Positions 29,020-39,599 of a DNA stretch of 59,242 nt are shown here, one piece after another. The stretch is taken from assembly GCA_050736715.1 (NCBI GenBank), contig JBOHWK010000111.1, positions 1 through 59,242 of the forward strand, read 5' to 3'. Numbering within the stretch: the stretch's first letter is position 1; each line of letters starts with the position of its first letter. The position numbers and the translations under genes are program-made. This stretch comes from Candidatus Binataceae bacterium. Its GTDB lineage: Bacteria; Desulfobacterota; Binatia; Binatales; Binataceae. The notes under the pieces were generated by a model. That model saw nothing but the letters and a program-made list of their open reading frames with translations, did not search any database and was not told where the DNA came from.

Positions 29020-30550
29020 GCACGGCGGAATCGTGTATCTCGTCGGCGCGGGTCCCGGCGATCCGAGCTTGATAACGGTGGCTGGCGCGCGCGCCATCGG
29101 GCGCGCCGATGCCGTCATCTACGACCATCTGGCCAGCCCCGAACTACTTCGACTCGCGCCGCGCGGGGCGGAATTGACCTACGCGGGAACCAGGGGCGGG
29201 GGTGAAAAAAGCCGCCGGCAGCTTCGGATCAATCGAATGCTGATCGAAAAGGCGCGCCAGGGGCAAATCGTTGTGCGGCTCAAGGGCGGCGATCCCTTCG
29301 TCTTCGGCCGCGGTGGCGAGGAGGCCGAGGCGCTCGCGCGCGCCAAGGTGCGATTCGAAATTATTCCGGGCGTGACCTCCGCAATCGCCGCGCCCGCCTA
29401 CGCCGGCATCCCGGTAACGCATCGCGATTACGGCTCGTTCGCCGTACTTGTCACCGGACACGAGGACGAGAGGAAAGGCACGCGCTCCTCGATTCCGTGG
29501 CGCGAACTGGGCGCGGCGGCAATCGCCGGGCGCGGGACGATCGTGATTCTGATGGCGACGCGGCGGATGCGCCCCGTTCTCAATAAGCTTCGTGAGGCGG
29601 GAATGCCGGCGGTCACGCCGGCCGCAGCGATTCAATCGGCGACGACCGCCGCGCAAAAAACCGTGACGGGCACAGTCGGGACGCTTGCGGATCGATGCGA
29701 ACGCGCGCGGCTCGAAGCGCCATCTTTGGTTGTAGTTGGGGAATGCGCCCGGCTGCGGGATCGGCTCAAATGGTTCGAGCGCAAGGCGCTCTTCGGCAGG
29801 CGGATTATTGTCACGCGCGCGGGCGGAGCGGCGGAACGCTTCGCCGCGGAATTGCACGCGATGGGCGCGGAGACGATCGAGTTTCCGACGATCGAATTCG
29901 CGCCGCCGAAAAATTATGCGGTTCTGGACCGGGCGATCGCGCGGCTCGATTCGTTCGATTGGATAATCTTCACCAGCGCCACCGGCGCCGAGCGATTCGT
30001 CGCGCGGCTAAAATCGATGGGCCGCGATATCCGCGATCTCGGCGCGGCGAAGATCGCCGCGATCGGACCCGCGACCACGAAGCGCCTCGACGACTTCGCA
30101 TTGAGGGTCGCGGCGATGCCCAACGAGTATCGCGCCGAGGCGTTGCTTCCCGCGCTCGGGGCCAAGGAAATCCGCGGCAAGCGTTTCCTGATTCCGCGCG
30201 CGGCGGCGGCGCGCGAGATTTTGCCGGTAACTCTCCGCAAGATGGGCGCGCGCGAAGTCGTAGTTGCGCCCGCCTATTGCACGATCAAACCGAAAGCTGC
30301 GCCCGCCGCCCGGATTCGCGCGCTGCTCGACGAGCACGCAATCGACCTCGTCACCTTCACCAGTTCCAGCACGGTAGAGAATTTCGTGGCGCTGGTTCGT
30401 GCGCCGGTCAAAGGAGTGAAGGCCGCGGCAATCGGACCGATCACGGCCGCAACCGCGCGGCGGCATGGATTTCGCGTCGTCGTCCAACCGCGCGATTACA
30501 CCACGGCTGCGCTCGCCGCCGCGATCCGCGATTATTTCAAACAGCATTAA
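29012..30550 (+). CDS. cobA-hemD: Fusion: uroporphyrinogen-III C-methyltransferase (CobA) + uroporphyrinogen-III synthase (HemD)
   Basis: Start MAKHGGIVYLVGAGPGDPSLIT (8-bp overlap with hemC). RLKGGDPFVFGRGGEE. The C-terminal half has HemD-type repeats (IIVTR..., IAAIGPATT, AAIGPITA). Confidence 0.9.
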   Translation: MAKHGGIVYLVGAGPGDPSLITVAGARAIGRADAVIYDHLASPELLRLAPRGAELTYAGTRGGGEKSRRQLRINRMLIEKARQGQIVVRLKGGDPFVFGRGGEEAEALARAKVRFEIIPGVTSAIAAPAYAGIPVTHRDYGSFAVLVTGHEDERKGTRSSIPWRELGAAAIAGRGTIVILMATRRMRPVLNKLREAGMPAVTPAAAIQSATTAAQKTVTGTVGTLADRCERARLEAPSLVVVGECARLRDRLKWFERKALFGRRIIVTRAGGAAERFAAELHAMGAETIEFPTIEFAPPKNYAVLDRAIARLDSFDWIIFTSATGAERFVARLKSMGRDIRDLGAAKIAAIGPATTKRLDDFALRVAAMPNEYRAEALLPALGAKEIRGKRFLIPRAAAAREILPVTLRKMGAREVVVAPAYCTIKPKAAPAARIRALLDEHAIDLVTFTSSSTVENFVALVRAPVKGVKAAAIGPITAATARRHGFRVVVQPRDYTTAALAAAIRDYFKQH

Positions 30551-30558
30551 ATTGACGC

Positions 30559-31011
30559 GTGGCGAACTTACCGATGGCGCATTCGAAAAAATATCACGAT
30601 CCCGAAGATCCCATTAAACGGCTCCGAGAAATCTGCCTGGCGCTGCCCAAAGCCACCGAAAAGGAGGCGTGGGGAGAATGCACCTTCCGCATCGGCGGCA
30701 AGATGTTCGCGATGACCGACGACAACCATCACGACAGCGGCCGTGTCGCGGTGTGGCTCAAATCGACGCCGATCGTGCAGGAAATTTTCATCAATTCCGA
30801 TCCGAAGCGATTTTTCAAACCGCCTTATGTCGGCCATAAGGGATGGCTCGGCGCGCGAATCGACGGCAAGCCGAATTGGGGGATGCTCACCGAACTGCTC
30901 AAGGACGCCTACGAAATGATCGCGCCCAAGAAAAAGACCGCTCCGACCCGTTCCGCGTCGGGAAAGACGCGGCGAACCCCACGCGCCAAGGCAAAAAAGA
31001 CGGTGCATTGA
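30559..31011 (+). CDS. MmcQ/YjbR family protein
   Basis: EKEAWGECTFRIGGKMFAM...PPYVGHKGWLGARID typical of the YjbR fold. Lys-rich tail. Confidence 0.7.
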   Translation: MANLPMAHSKKYHDPEDPIKRLREICLALPKATEKEAWGECTFRIGGKMFAMTDDNHHDSGRVAVWLKSTPIVQEIFINSDPKRFFKPPYVGHKGWLGARIDGKPNWGMLTELLKDAYEMIAPKKKTAPTRSASGKTRRTPRAKAKKTVH

Positions 31012-31074
31012 ACAGCATGCGGCAGTTCAAAACGGGAATTGCCGCCTGTATGATCGAGTTGAAGGGACCGCCCG

Positions 31075-32055
31075 ATGCCATTTCCAGCGATTCGTCCGCG
31101 CCGATTGCGCCGCACCGAGACTATCCGCCGAATGGTCCGCGAGACGCGCCTGTCACCCGACAATCTGATCCTGCCGATGTTCGTCTGTCCGGGCCGCGGC
31201 GTGAAGGAACCCGTCGAGGCGATGCCGGGAGTCGCGCGGATGTCTCCCGACAATATCGCCGCGGAGGCGCACGAGGCTTACGCGCTCGGCGTTCCGGCAG
31301 TGATTCTGTTCGGGATTCCCGAACGCAAGGACGCAATCGGCAGCGAAGCATGGAACGACGACGGCCCGGTCCAGTGCGCAATTCGCGAGATCAAGGAGCG
31401 CGCGCCCGGAATGGCGATCGTTACCGACGTCTGCATGTGCGAGTACACCGATCACGGCCATTGCGGCGCGCTCGCCAAGAACGGCGAGGTCGATAACGAC
31501 GCGACGCTGGAATTGCTCGCGCGCGCGGCGCTGTCCCATGCGAAGGCGGGCGCGGATATCGTCGCGCCGTCGGACATGATGGACGGGCGGGTCGGCACTA
31601 TCCGCCGCGCGCTCGACGAGAACAATTTCAGCCAGGTTGCGATCATGGCCTACTCCGCCAAGTTCGCCTCCGCGTTTTACGGCCCGTTCCGCGAGGCGGC
31701 AGGCTCCGCGCCCAAGTCGGGCGATCGCCGCGGCTACCAGATGGACCCGCCCAACGCGCGCGAGGCGCTCCGCGAAGTGGCGCTCGATATCGAGGAGGGC
31801 GCGGACATCGTAATGGTCAAGCCGGCGCTCGCCTGTCTCGATTTGATTTGGCGGGTGAAGGAAAAGTTCAACGTTCCGGTCGCCGCCTACAACGTCTCCG
31901 GCGAGTATTCGATGATTCGCGCGGCGGGCAAGAACGGCTGGATCGACGAGGAGCGCGCGATGATGGAAATGCTCGTGTCGATCAAGCGCGCCGGCGCCGA
32001 TCTGATCCTGACGTATTTCGCCAAAGACGCGGCTCGCAAGCTCCGCAGTTCATAA
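31075..32055 (+). CDS. hemB: Porphobilinogen synthase (ALA dehydratase), Zn-type
   Basis: RPRRLR start, Cys-rich metal site [14 protein letters not shown], Schiff-base lysines (MVKPA, ...). Confidence 0.95.
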   Translation: MPFPAIRPRRLRRTETIRRMVRETRLSPDNLILPMFVCPGRGVKEPVEAMPGVARMSPDNIAAEAHEAYALGVPAVILFGIPERKDAIGSEAWNDDGPVQCAIREIKERAPGMAIVTDVCMCEYTDHGHCGALAKNGEVDNDATLELLARAALSHAKAGADIVAPSDMMDGRVGTIRRALDENNFSQVAIMAYSAKFASAFYGPFREAAGSAPKSGDRRGYQMDPPNAREALREVALDIEEGADIVMVKPALACLDLIWRVKEKFNVPVAAYNVSGEYSMIRAAGKNGWIDEERAMMEMLVSIKRAGADLILTYFAKDAARKLRSS

Positions 32056-32334
32056 AGATTACCGCCAGCACATCAAAAACTTATTTCGTAAACTCCGGCC
32101 CCTCTCCCTTCACAGACCTATGCGTAACTTTGATGTTGTCTGCCGGCAGTTCTCATCTGAACACTTTTGTCAGAGCCAGGGGGTCGGGCGGCTGTGCATA
32201 TGTTCGCGGCATTGGAAACCTCCCGCTTCCTCTCGCTCCAACACCGTCCACCAAACCGGTTCAACTCCAGGCCAAGCGCGCCGGGCGGCGCGTTTGACAG
32301 CCTAACACTCGTTAAATAGGCTCACATTCGAACC

Positions 32335-33000
32335 ATGCGAAACGCGAATAAGAGCGCGGCCGGCAAGGTTGTCGAATTTCACCGCAACGGGGACACCCGG
32401 ACCCGCGCGCTCGCCGTCGCGCGCGCGCTGTTCGCCGAGCGTGGCTACCGCGGCGCGAGCCTTCGCGACATCGCCCGCCGCGTCGGAATCAAGGCGCCCT
32501 CGCTGCTCCATCACTTTTCCTCCAAGCAGCAGCTCTACATCGCGGTGCTGAACGGCATCTTCGACCGCCTGGAGGACGCCGCCAACGCGCTCGCATGGGG
32601 CCGCGACGATCCGCAGGAGCGGATGCGCCGCGCGGTCGGCGACACGATAACCTACCTTGCCGGCCATCCCGATTTCGTCCGCATCATGTGGAAGGAGATG
32701 GCCGACGAAAGCGGCGTCGGGCGGCAGGTAATCAAGCGGCGGCTGCCGCCGCTGTTTTCGATCGCGACCAATTTTATTTTCCGCGGCCAGCGCGAAGGCG
32801 TGTTCCGGCCCGAGGTCGATCCGATCCATTTCGTGCTCAGCCTCAATTCCCTCACTGCGGGCTATTTCACGACCGCCGCGATGGCGCGGCGGCTGTGGGA
32901 CATGAACCTGGTCGAGCCGGCCACGATCGAGCGGCGCAAGCGCGAAGTGATCGAGATGGTGGAGCGGACGCTGTTCGTCCAGCGCGGCGAGGCCGAGTGA
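32335..33000 (+). CDS. TetR/AcrR family transcriptional regulator
   Basis: HTH ARALFAERGYRGASLRDIARRVGIKAPSLLHHFSSKQQLY. TTGACA at 32294-32299 upstream. Confidence 0.9.
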   Translation: MRNANKSAAGKVVEFHRNGDTRTRALAVARALFAERGYRGASLRDIARRVGIKAPSLLHHFSSKQQLYIAVLNGIFDRLEDAANALAWGRDDPQERMRRAVGDTITYLAGHPDFVRIMWKEMADESGVGRQVIKRRLPPLFSIATNFIFRGQREGVFRPEVDPIHFVLSLNSLTAGYFTTAAMARRLWDMNLVEPATIERRKREVIEMVERTLFVQRGEAE

Positions 33001-33110
33001 TTCCACCGAAATACCCTTGCGTATGATTTCAATTTTTCAGTATGTTCAACGCGCGCACCCGCCAACCCTAATCAGGGCAGGCTCGGCGTGACAAAGGAGA
33101 TGACCCCGCT

Positions 33111-34301
33111 ATGAAATTCGGAACGTTTTACGAGCATCAATTGCCCCGGCCGTGGAAGGAAGGACAGGAACTCAAGCTGTTCCAGCAGGCCTTAGATCAG
33201 GTCGAGCTGGCCGACAAGGTTGGAATCGACCATATGTGGGAAGTCGAGCACCACTTTCTGGAGGAATACGCTCATTCCTCCGCGCCGGAGATTTTCCTCG
33301 CCGCATGCAGCCAGCGCACCAAGCAAATTCGGCTCGGCCACGGAATCACGCTGCTGCCGCCCGCCTACAATCATCCGGCGCGCGTGGCGGAACGAATCGC
33401 GACGCTCGACCTGGTGAGCAACGGGCGCGTCGAATTCGGCACGGGAGAATCGTCCGCCGAATTGGAACTGGGCGGCTTCCTGATTCCCCGCGCGGAGAAA
33501 CGCGATCAATGGCGCGAATCGCTCGGCGCAATCACGCGAATGTTCACCGAGGCGCCGTTCATGGGGCATAAGGGCAAGTATTTCGAGATGCCGGTGCGCA
33601 ATGTCGTGCCCAAAACGGTGCAGAAGCCCCATCCCCCGCTTTGGGTGGCATGTTCCCGGCGCGAGACGATCCATCTCGCCGCCGAACTTGGCATCGGCGC
33701 GCTGTCGTTCGCGTTCGTTTCGCCGGAAGAGGCGCACCAGTGGGTGGACGATTACTACACTACGCTCGCCGATTGCGTGCCGATCGGCGCCGCGATCAAT
33801 CCCAACGTCGCGATCGTCACCGGCTTCATGTGCGACAACAACGCCGAGCATGCGCGGATGGCCGGTGAAGAGGGGCTCCGCTTCTTCTTCTACGCGCTCG
33901 GCCATCATTACGTGTTCGGCCGCCATACTCCGGGCAAGACCGACATCTGGAACAACTTTAAGACCAACCCGCTCACGATGCCCGGCATGGAGACGATGAA
34001 CGCCTGCGTCGGCACGCCCGATCAGCTTCGCACGAAGCTCCGCGAATACGAGGAGGCGGGCGTCGATCAGGTGATATTCGTCTCGCAGGCCGGCAACAAC
34101 AAGCACGAAGACATTTGCGCGTCGCTCAACCTGTTCGCGGAACAGGTGATGCCTGAGTTCAAGGAGCGCGAGCAAAAACGCGCCAAGGCGAAAGCCGAGC
34201 GGATGGCGCCGATTCTGGAGAAGGCGATGAAGCGCAAGCCCGCGCCGGTTATTCCGCCGCACGAGGAACCGGTCATCGTGCAGGCCGGAATGCTCCCGTA
34301 G
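33111..34301 (+). CDS. LLM-class (luciferase-like) flavin/F420-dependent oxidoreductase
   Basis: MKFGTFYEHQLPRPW...GIDHMWEVEHHF...RLGHGITLLP...LDLVSNGRVEFGTG: typical LLM TIM-barrel N-terminus. Confidence 0.85.
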   Translation: MKFGTFYEHQLPRPWKEGQELKLFQQALDQVELADKVGIDHMWEVEHHFLEEYAHSSAPEIFLAACSQRTKQIRLGHGITLLPPAYNHPARVAERIATLDLVSNGRVEFGTGESSAELELGGFLIPRAEKRDQWRESLGAITRMFTEAPFMGHKGKYFEMPVRNVVPKTVQKPHPPLWVACSRRETIHLAAELGIGALSFAFVSPEEAHQWVDDYYTTLADCVPIGAAINPNVAIVTGFMCDNNAEHARMAGEEGLRFFFYALGHHYVFGRHTPGKTDIWNNFKTNPLTMPGMETMNACVGTPDQLRTKLREYEEAGVDQVIFVSQAGNNKHEDICASLNLFAEQVMPEFKEREQKRAKAKAERMAPILEKAMKRKPAPVIPPHEEPVIVQAGMLP

Positions 34302-34327
34302 GGAACTCCAATATCGCAAACGCGAAA

Positions 34328-34356
34328 AGACCGCCCGATTCGGGCGGCCTTTTTAT
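34328..34356. terminator. Bidirectional hairpin terminator between convergent genes
   Basis: CCGCCCG-ATT-CGGGCGG (34331-34347) flanked by AAAAGA and CCTTTTTATTT. Confidence 0.8.
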
Positions 34357-34380
34357 TTCGCCGGCGCGGGACTCGACAGC

Positions 34381-35019
34381 TTAGTCGCCGATTGCGTTAG
34401 GCGCGGCGCGGAGGCTTTTCAGCCGGTTGTACACGACCCAGATCGCCGGCAGGATCATCGCAATCACGATCGCGGTGTCGAAGCGATGGAAATACGGGCC
34501 GAGGCGGCCCCAGTTATTGCCCATTTCCATCCCGAAATACGCGAGCGCGAGGCAGTAGGGGTACGAGCCGAGCAGCGTGTAAATCGTGAACGGCCACAGC
34601 CGCATCCGCGACACTCCGGCGGGAAACGCGATATAGGTGCGGACCACCGGCAAGAGCCGGCTAAAGAAGATGGCGGGCGCGCCCCATCGCTCGAAAAACC
34701 GGTCCGCGATCTCCAACTCGTGCGGCGCGATGAGAATCCATTTCCCGTAGCGCAGGATGAACCGGCGACCGCCCGTCGCGCCCACGTAATAGGCGACGTA
34801 CGAGCCGAGCAGGCATCCGACCGCGCCGGCGATCGCGGTCATTTGCAGGCCGAAGCGTCCTGTCGCTACCAGATAGCCGGAGAACGGCATGATCACCTCG
34901 GAGGGCAGCGGGATACAGGCACTTTCGAGCGCCATCATCAGGATGACGCCGCCGTAGCCGAGCGTGGAGATCGACGCGATGACAAACGCCGAGACCCCGG
35001 AGATCAATTTATCGATCAT
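34381..35019 (-). CDS. DedA family inner-membrane protein
   Basis: ESACIPLPSEVIMPFSGYL and FFSRLLPVVRTYIAFPAG (SNARE-associated/DedA motifs). Confidence 0.85.
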   Translation of the reverse strand: MIDKLISGVSAFVIASISTLGYGGVILMMALESACIPLPSEVIMPFSGYLVATGRFGLQMTAIAGAVGCLLGSYVAYYVGATGGRRFILRYGKWILIAPHELEIADRFFERWGAPAIFFSRLLPVVRTYIAFPAGVSRMRLWPFTIYTLLGSYPYCLALAYFGMEMGNNWGRLGPYFHRFDTAIVIAMILPAIWVVYNRLKSLRAAPNAIGD

Positions 35020-35251
35020 TAATTAAGCGGTTCCCAGAAAGATGCGCGGATTGCGCGGACGGCAACCCCGTCCGGCAATAATGCCATGCCCCGCCCTCCA
35101 ATGCGAGAGGCGCGGAAGCCACGATTTGGAAATGCCTCATTGCCCGCTTTGACATCGGCGGTGGGATGCGGTATGAACTGTATATATGTTGAACGTCAGG
35201 CGCGGCGGCCCAGTCTCCGCGCGCTGGCCGCCACCGATTGAGGAGTCCGCC

Positions 35252-36583
35252 ATGGCCAAGGAAACGCTCACCGTCAAAGACAATCGCACCGGCCGCGATT
35301 ACGAAATTCCCATCGAGGAGGGCGGCGTAATTCGCGCCGCCGCGCTCCGCGAGATCAAGACCGGCCCGGAGGACTTCGGCCTGATGTCCTACGATCCCGC
35401 GCTTAGCAATACCGCCGTGTGCCGCTCGCGGGTGACGTATATCGACGGCGACAAGGGCATCCTGCGCTACCGCGGCTATCCGATCGAGGAGTTGGCGGCC
35501 AAGAGCAATTTTCTGGAGACCGCATACCTGATCGTCAAGGGCGAACTGCCAGACCGCGAGCATTACCTGCGCTGGGAAAACAACATCAAGATTCACACGA
35601 TGGTCCACGAGAGCGTGAAGGATTTTATGCAGGGCTTCCGCTACGACGCCCATCCGATGGGGATTCTGCTCGGAACGATCGGCGCGCTCTCGACCTTCTA
35701 TCCCGATGCGAAGGACATCCACGATCTCGAATCGCGCCGGCTCCAGACGCGCCGGCTAATCGGCAAAATCCCGACCATCGCGGCCTTCGCCTATCGCCAC
35801 ACCAAGGGCTATCCCTACATCTATCCCGACAACGAACTCAGCTACACGGGAAACTTCCTCGCGATGCTGTTCAAGATGACCGAGCGCAAGTACCAAGCTA
35901 ATCCGATCCTGGAACGCGCGCTCGACGTGCTGTTCATCCTGCACGCCGACCACGAGCAGAATTGTTCGTCGAACGCGATGCGGGCGGTGGGCAGTTCGCA
36001 GTCCGATCCCTACGCCTGCGCGGCGGCCGCGATCGCGGCGCTGTATGGCCCGCTGCACGGGGGCGCCAACGAGGCGGCGATCCGGATGCTGATGGAGATC
36101 GGCTCGGCCGGTAACGTCCCGGCGCTGATCGAAAAGGTCAAGAAGGGCGAGCGCCGGCTGATGGGCTTCGGCCATCGCGTGTACAAGAATTACGACCCGC
36201 GCGCGAAAATTCTGCGCGAACTGGCGCCGCAAGTGTTCGAGGTGACCGGCCGCAATCCGCTGCTCGACATCGCGGTCGAACTCGAACGGATCGCGCTCGC
36301 GGACGATTATTTCATCCAGCATAAGCTCTATCCCAACGTCGATTTCTATTCGGGGATCATTTATCAGGCGATGGGCTTCCCGATGGAGATGTTCCCGGTG
36401 CTGTTCGCGATCGCGCGGACCGCAGGCTGGATGGCGCAGTGGGCGGAGATGGTGCGCGATCCCGAACAGAAGATCGTCCGTCCGCGCCAGATTTATATCG
36501 GCGAGCCGCTGCGCCATTACGCCCCGATCGGGGCGCGGCCCAAGCCGGTCCAGCGGGAGGATGCTGTCAGCGAGGCGATCTGA
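35252..36583 (+). CDS. gltA: Citrate synthase
   Basis: Start MAKETLTVKDNRTG after GAGGAG. HADHEQN and GFGHRVYKNYDPRA signatures. Confidence 0.95.
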   Translation: MAKETLTVKDNRTGRDYEIPIEEGGVIRAAALREIKTGPEDFGLMSYDPALSNTAVCRSRVTYIDGDKGILRYRGYPIEELAAKSNFLETAYLIVKGELPDREHYLRWENNIKIHTMVHESVKDFMQGFRYDAHPMGILLGTIGALSTFYPDAKDIHDLESRRLQTRRLIGKIPTIAAFAYRHTKGYPYIYPDNELSYTGNFLAMLFKMTERKYQANPILERALDVLFILHADHEQNCSSNAMRAVGSSQSDPYACAAAAIAALYGPLHGGANEAAIRMLMEIGSAGNVPALIEKVKKGERRLMGFGHRVYKNYDPRAKILRELAPQVFEVTGRNPLLDIAVELERIALADDYFIQHKLYPNVDFYSGIIYQAMGFPMEMFPVLFAIARTAGWMAQWAEMVRDPEQKIVRPRQIYIGEPLRHYAPIGARPKPVQREDAVSEAI

Positions 36584-36784
36584 ACCACGCCGGTTCCGAT
36601 TCGTACCGGGCCGGCCAGGCCGGGTGGGATTCGCCGAAACCCGCAATCGCGGCCGGCCCGTTCCTTGCGCCGGTTGACTTACGCACGTCAACCAGAGTAT
36701 CTCCTCACTGATTCCCTCTTTGGAACGCGAACCTATGTTTGTACGGGAGAAGATGTTCCGGCTCGAATGGAGTAGATCGGCGCG

Positions 36785-37027
36785 ATGACTTCGCAAGAAG
36801 ATGTTTTCACCATCAACGAGTTGTCCCAGTACCTGAAGGTCCACCCTACGACGATTTATCGCCTGCTGAGTGAGGGCCGGTTGCCGGGCTTCCGCGTCGG
36901 CAGTTCATGGCGGTTCAGCCGCAATGCAATTGCGAAATGGGAAGAAAGCCAAGTCGCGAAGTTCGATGGGACCGCTCCGCCGCCGCCAAAAACTTCCCGC
37001 AAGAAAGTCCGAAAAGCCCGAAAATAA
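36785..37027 (+). CDS. Excisionase/MerR-type (HTH_17) DNA-binding protein with a Lys-rich tail
   Basis: FTINELSQYLKVHPTTIYRLLSEGRLPGFRVGSSWRF. Inverted repeat GGTTGAC-N8-GTCAACC at 36671-36692 upstream. Confidence 0.7.
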   Translation: MTSQEDVFTINELSQYLKVHPTTIYRLLSEGRLPGFRVGSSWRFSRNAIAKWEESQVAKFDGTAPPPPKTSRKKVRKARK

Positions 37028-37080
37028 CGCGCCACCGCGGCACCGCCAATCGATTTTTTCGCGCGGAGCGATTGCCTGAG

Positions 37081-37893
37081 ATGAATTCCCCGGAAACAGG
37101 GGGTCGCCCCTTCGCCACGCCGGTAACCGAATACTTCGGGCGCCTCGCCGCGACCTATGGCGCTGGCGCCTATTACAAAGTCCGGCGCGTGGCGGTGATG
37201 CGCGCGATCGCGGATGAAATCACCCGCATCCACTCGATCCTCGACCTCGGATGCGGCAATGGCGCCTACACGGCCGAATTCGCGGGCGTGCCGGAGGACC
37301 GGCGGTTGTTCGGGGCCGATCTGTCCTTCGAAATGCTCTCGGAAGCGCGCCGCCGCCTTGGCGGAAAATGCCGGTTTGTGCGCACCGATGCGGCGAATCT
37401 GCCGTTCAAAGCGGCATCCTTCGGACTGATTTTCGGCAGTCACGTCTTCCCGTTCGTCGCCGATCTGGATGCCGCAGTTGGCGAGGCCGCGCGATGCCTC
37501 CGGCCCGGCGGCGTGCTGATCGCGACCCGGCACGGCGAAGGCGGCGTGCGCCGCGAGCTGGCCCGGCTAATCGGCGCCGCGCGCTGGGAGGAAATTTCGG
37601 CCGCCATTTTCCGCCGCGCCGCCAGAGCCTCCCGCTTTGCGGAAGGCGAACGGGACGATACCCGCTACCGGGCCGCATTCGCCGCCGCCGGCCTCGATTT
37701 CGAGGAGCGCGCCGCGCCGTTCACAGTCGGATGGGACGATGTCGCCGAATGGATACGCATCCGCTGGATGCCGGTGATTCCCGAATCGGAACGTGGGGCC
37801 GCGGAGCGGATGATCGCCGAAGCGGGCGCGGCCGCCGCCGGCCGCACCTTCGCACTCCACGAACCAATCGCGCTCGGCCGCAAACCCGCGTAA
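37081..37893 (+). CDS. Class I SAM-dependent methyltransferase
   Basis: Motif I ILDLGCGNGAY. Post-I FGADLS. LRPGGVLI. Start chosen at MNSPETGG. Confidence 0.75.
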   Translation: MNSPETGGRPFATPVTEYFGRLAATYGAGAYYKVRRVAVMRAIADEITRIHSILDLGCGNGAYTAEFAGVPEDRRLFGADLSFEMLSEARRRLGGKCRFVRTDAANLPFKAASFGLIFGSHVFPFVADLDAAVGEAARCLRPGGVLIATRHGEGGVRRELARLIGAARWEEISAAIFRRAARASRFAEGERDDTRYRAAFAAAGLDFEERAAPFTVGWDDVAEWIRIRWMPVIPESERGAAERMIAEAGAAAAGRTFALHEPIALGRKPA

Positions 37894-37936
37894 AGACCGG
37901 CCCGCCCCGATCCCGTGCCTCGGCGCCGCCGCGATT

Positions 37937-39391
37937 CTACTGTCTATAATTCGGGGCTTCCTTGGTGATGAAGACGTCGTGGACGTGGCTTTCGCGCATT
38001 CCGGCGTCGCTCACCCGGACGAAGCGCGCGCGCTTGCGAAGTTCGGTTAGGTTCGCGGCGCCCAGGTAGCCCATCCCCGATTGCAGGCCGCCAACCAACT
38101 GCTCGATATTCGCCGCCATCGAGCCGCGATGCGGAACGCGCCCCTCGATTCCCTCCGGCACGTGCTTGCCGTCGGGCACGCCGAGTTGTCCGTAGCGATC
38201 GCCCGTGCGCTCGTTCATCGCGCCGAGCGATCCCATCCCGCGGTACAGCTTGTAGGTGCGCCCCTGATAGAGAATCGTCTCGCCGGGGCTTTCCTCGGTC
38301 CCCGCAAAAAGCGATCCGATCATGACCGAATCGGCGCCCGCCGCGACCGCCTTGGTGATGTCGCCGGAGAATCGAATTCCGCCGTCGGCGATAACCGGCG
38401 TCTTGCGCGGACCTGCCACTGCCGCCACTTCCATGATCGCGGTGATCTGTGGCACGCCGACGCCCGAGATTACCCGCGTGGTGCAGATTGACCCGGGGCC
38501 CATCCCGACCCGGAGCGCGTCGGCGCCCGCGTCGCACAATGCCTTCGCGCCTTCGGCGGTCGCGATATTGCCCGCGGCGATTTCGAGTTCGGGGAATTCG
38601 CGGCGAATCGCCTGGATCGCCTCAATCACGTTGCGGGTGTGGCCGTGCGCCGTGTCAATGCATACGATGTCCACCCCGGCGCGGGCGAGCGCCGCGACGC
38701 GCGCCTCCCGCTCCGGGCCGACTCCGACGGCGGCGCCGACGCGGAGCCGCCCCATTTTGTCTTTGGTCGAATGGGGATAGCGAATCGCCTTGTCGATGTC
38801 CTTGACGGTGATCATCCCGGAGAGCCGGTTTTGATCGTCCACCAGCGGCAACTTTTCGATTCGATGCGCTTGCAGCAATTCCTTGGCCTGTTCGAGATCG
38901 ATTCCGGGCCGCGCCGTCACGAGCTTGGTGGTCATCACGTCGCGGACCGGCTTGTCGAGGCGCTTTTCGAATCGCACGTCGCGATGAGTCAGAATCCCCA
39001 CGAGCTTGCCGTCGGAGACCACCGGCAGGCCGGAAATATGATGGCGTTCCATCACGGCGAGCGCCTCGCCGAGCTTGATCTCCGGATGAACGGTGACGGG
39101 ATCGACGACAATCCCGCTTTCGTATTTCTTCACGATTTCGATTTCCAGGGCCTGCTTTTCAATCGGCAGGTTGCGATGGACGAAGCCGATCCCGCCCATC
39201 TGCGCGATCGCGATCGCGGCGCGCGATTCGGTCACGGTGTCCATCGGGCTGGAAACGATCGGCACGCGCAGGCTGATTTTAGGCGTGAGTTGGGTGGCAG
39301 TGTCGCAATTCACGGGCAGGACATCGGAGGCTTGCGGCAGGAGAAGAACGTCGTCGAACGTCAATGCTTCCGGCAGTTCGTGATGCGCCAT
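37937..39391 (-). CDS. guaB: IMP dehydrogenase
   Basis: [11 protein letters not shown] pair insert, [11 protein letters not shown] catalytic loop, GGIRFSGD. Confidence 0.95.
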   Translation of the reverse strand: MAHHELPEALTFDDVLLLPQASDVLPVNCDTATQLTPKISLRVPIVSSPMDTVTESRAAIAIAQMGGIGFVHRNLPIEKQALEIEIVKKYESGIVVDPVTVHPEIKLGEALAVMERHHISGLPVVSDGKLVGILTHRDVRFEKRLDKPVRDVMTTKLVTARPGIDLEQAKELLQAHRIEKLPLVDDQNRLSGMITVKDIDKAIRYPHSTKDKMGRLRVGAAVGVGPEREARVAALARAGVDIVCIDTAHGHTRNVIEAIQAIRREFPELEIAAGNIATAEGAKALCDAGADALRVGMGPGSICTTRVISGVGVPQITAIMEVAAVAGPRKTPVIADGGIRFSGDITKAVAAGADSVMIGSLFAGTEESPGETILYQGRTYKLYRGMGSLGAMNERTGDRYGQLGVPDGKHVPEGIEGRVPHRGSMAANIEQLVGGLQSGMGYLGAANLTELRKRARFVRVSDAGMRESHVHDVFITKEAPNYRQ

Positions 39392-39407
39392 TGTTGAACC
39401 TCCATAA

Positions 39408-39439
39408 TAGAAAAAGGCCCGCGGATTTCCCCGCGGGCC
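39408..39439 (-). terminator. Hairpin plus T-tract lying immediately upstream of the guaB ribosome-binding site
   Basis: Minus strand reads GGCCCGCGG-GGAAAT-CCGCGGGCC-TTTTTCTATTATGGAGGTTCAACAATG. Stem at 39416-39424/39431-39439. Confidence 0.7.
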
Positions 39440-39599
39440 TGAATCACCCTCAGAATTCGAACGCGTTCGTATTTTTCAGATGCGCCATATCTGAAATTAG
39501 CAAGCGGACCGCTCGCGATCAATACGGCGATGGAGGCGTGTCATGCAACCGATCGAAACGGCGATAAGGGCGTAATTTTCGCTGAACCGGTGAGCCGCG

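Noticed and set aside
33111-34301. Luciferase-like (LLM) oxidoreductase considered as a partner of the LuxC/LuxE genes (a cryptic lux system).
   Set aside because: It is 22 kb away on the other strand, paired with its own TetR regulator. LLM is a very broad family, and no luxA/luxB/luxD-type genes are present.
39392-39599. guaB leader considered as a purine (guanine) riboswitch.
   Set aside because: I cannot find the conserved three-way-junction core sequences of the purine riboswitch as I remember them. The function of the leader remains open (see findings).
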